Virus record (IMG/VR): IMGVR_UViG_3300033569_000026
Span: 1 to 49,078 of that record
Source: a virus
Taxonomy: Duplodnaviria; Caudoviricetes
DNA length: 49,078 nucleotides
Reading direction: 5' to 3' (one strand)
Below are positions 47,322-49,078 of the stretch, piece after piece. The notes beneath the pieces were generated by a model. That model saw nothing but the letters and a program-made list of their open reading frames with translations. It did not search any database and was not told the origin of the DNA. The position numbers and the translations under genes are program-made. Each line of letters starts with the position of its first letter. The stretch's first letter is position 1.

Positions 47322-48082
47322 TGGATCCAGAAGTAGAGCGAATCACGGCGGCGCTGCTCCACCAGCACCCGACAATGTCCCCTGAGTACGCGCGGTCAAT
47401 CGCCCGGCAGATTCAGCCCAGCGCTAACGCCGGGTACGGCACTGCGGCGAACGGATACGACGTCGTTGACGACACCGGAGTTACTTACCCTAACCCCGGA
47501 AGGATTGCGGCGGCAGAAAGCATTGCGGCGCAGGAAGCCTCGACGACTCCGATTTACTCAGGCCCCGAAGGCCCGGTAGCCCTCGCTAAGCAGTACCTCG
47601 ACGAGCAGGCCGCTAAACGCCACATGCTTGCTCAGCGAGATCAGATGCAGAAGGCGACGATGCTGATGCAACGAGACGACTCTGCTCAAGCCCGAATGGT
47701 CGCGCAGCGTGACGCCTCGATGGATGCGGTGAAACGGTTGAAGGCCGACGACGCCGCAAACAGCAAAGCCTCCCCACCAACGGTTGTGGGCAACCCGGAC
47801 GAGAAGATGAAATCTCAACGGATTCCCTACACGCCGACGACGCCGCAGTACCAGGCGTATCGTGAGAAGCAGGGGCTGGGGCCGGATCTTCGGCCTGACG
47901 CGGTCAGTGCTGCGGATCCACGTACGGTGCGTGACCCCGTTGCCGAGAAGAAGAAGCAGCGCGTTGCTGCCTATTACGGCCTGATGGCGAAGCAAACATC
48001 CGGGCAGCCGCTGACGCCGGAAGAGTCTCAATGGCTCGACCTCGTTCACTACGGCGCTCGTAACATGAAGAGTGGTCTCTAA
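47321..48082 (+). CDS. Hypothetical protein, possibly internal virion
   Basis: TAATG-coupled on both sides. Confidence 0.55.
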   Translation: MDPEVERITAALLHQHPTMSPEYARSIARQIQPSANAGYGTAANGYDVVDDTGVTYPNPGRIAAAESIAAQEASTTPIYSGPEGPVALAKQYLDEQAAKRHMLAQRDQMQKATMLMQRDDSAQARMVAQRDASMDAVKRLKADDAANSKASPPTVVGNPDEKMKSQRIPYTPTTPQYQAYREKQGLGPDLRPDAVSAADPRTVRDPVAEKKKQRVAAYYGLMAKQTSGQPLTPEESQWLDLVHYGARNMKSGL

Positions 48083-49078
48083 TGTCTGATTACAACTGGA
48101 GCCAAGGCGCACAAGGCGCGGTTGGCGGTGCAATGACGGGCGCTGCTCTCGGTAGCGTCGTGCCGGGCATCGGAACCGGAATTGGCGCGGGTGTTGGTGC
48201 AGTCGCGGGCGGGCTCGCTGGCCTGTTCGGCGGTGGCGGTGCTGCTGATTACGAAGACCGACTCAAACAATTGGCGGCAGGGTACGGCGGCGCGCAAGCC
48301 CCTCAGCTCGGGCAGGCATCGCAGGGCGCCTATTCGCAGTTTCGAGGCAACCAAGCCGGTCTGATTGCGAATCTCGAAGCAATGGCTCGTGGTGAGGGAC
48401 CGTCGGCCGCTCAAATTCAGATGCGCGAAGCAATGGATCGCGCGGCGGGCGCTCAGGCGTCGGCGGCTGCTGGGGCGGGCGGGCGCGGCGTCAATGCAGG
48501 CGCGGCTCTCCGTAACGCGACGAACACCACGGCGGCGCAGACACAGCAGAACAACCGTGACATGGCGACGATGCGCGCTAATGAGCAGTTCAATGCGTAC
48601 GGCATGCTCGGTCAGGCGGTTGCTCAGGGACGCGCGGGCGACGAGAACATGAACCAGTTCAACGCTGGTCAGCAAAATCAGTTTGCGATGGCGAACCAGG
48701 ACGCGGCGCTTCGGCATTGGGGCATGAAAACGCAGGCTGAGCTTCAGGCCAATCAGATGGCGATGGGTGCAGCCGGACCTGGAATGGGAACGCAGCTGCT
48801 CGGTATGGGCGCCTCCGCGATTGGTCCCGCGATGCAGTATTCGATGGGCCAGCAGCAGATGCAGAACCAGCAGGCAATGCAGCAGCAGTACCTCCAATAC
48901 ATGCAGCAGCAGCAGATGCGTCCGCAGGGTGCGGGCTTCATGGGCTCGGTCGGCGGTGCGGTTCCCTCGATGCCGTCGTTCAATCCAACAGGCTACGCGC
49001 AGCAGATGGCGATGAATCAGCCGGGCGGCGCCCAGTACAGCCAGCTTCCCTCGCAGGGGCAGCCACAGTATCCGGGGC
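48082..49078 (+). CDS. Gly/Ala/Gln/Met-rich DNA ejection (pilot)-like virion protein; continues across the junction to TAA at 154-156 (~341 aa)
   Basis: ATG 48082 overlaps the previous TAA; MSDYNWSQGAQGAVGGAMTGAALGSVVPGIGTGIGAGVG glycine-zipper start; frame continuous through the overlap; missed by the ORF track. Confidence 0.75.
   Translation, partial: MSDYNWSQGAQGAVGGAMTGAALGSVVPGIGTGIGAGVGAVAGGLAGLFGGGGAADYEDRLKQLAAGYGGAQAPQLGQASQGAYSQFRGNQAGLIANLEAMARGEGPSAAQIQMREAMDRAAGAQASAAAGAGGRGVNAGAALRNATNTTAAQTQQNNRDMATMRANEQFNAYGMLGQAVAQGRAGDENMNQFNAGQQNQFAMANQDAALRHWGMKTQAELQANQMAMGAAGPGMGTQLLGMGASAIGPAMQYSMGQQQMQNQQAMQQQYLQYMQQQQMRPQGAGFMGSVGGAVPSMPSFNPTGYAQQMAMNQPGGAQYSQLPSQGQPQYPG

Noticed and set aside
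48952-49078. Biological direct terminal repeat
   Set aside because: Exactly 127 nt and mid-gene; typical assembler overlap of a circular contig

Overview
The window is an essentially complete ~48.95 kb tailed dsDNA phage genome, assembled as a circle. The last 127 nt (48952-49078) repeat the first 127 nt, consistent with an assembler k-mer overlap. There are two convergent arms. The + strand arm runs from ~31.2 kb through the junction to 7.4 kb: ncRNA/tRNA cluster, terminase, portal, scaffold, capsid, podovirus-type tail and ejection proteins, lysis genes. The - strand arm runs from ~30.5 kb down to 7.5 kb: early genes, ParB-like protein, tyrosine integrase, ERF and exonuclease, SSBs, DnaB-like helicase, nucleotide-pool enzymes, PolA, endolysin, adenine MTase. 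Spanin-like genes imply a diderm host, but the host cannot be named from sequence alone. Most notable: (1) a dispersed asymmetric motif (C)AGCACCCCAAGG lies inside genes in three reading frames, and its complement sits at the tip of a long hairpin RNA made from a perfect sigma70 promoter, in a phage with an integrase but no recognisable CI repressor; (2) PolA is fractured into two separately translated genes by a free-standing HNH gene; (3) a promoter-driven tRNA-like RNA lacking normal D/anticodon arms faces a lone leaderless Zn-finger gene; (4) an aberrant initiator-like tRNA(CAT); (5) an exact 53-bp repeat 7.45 kb apart. All calls come from manual motif reading; no database searches or folding programs were run.
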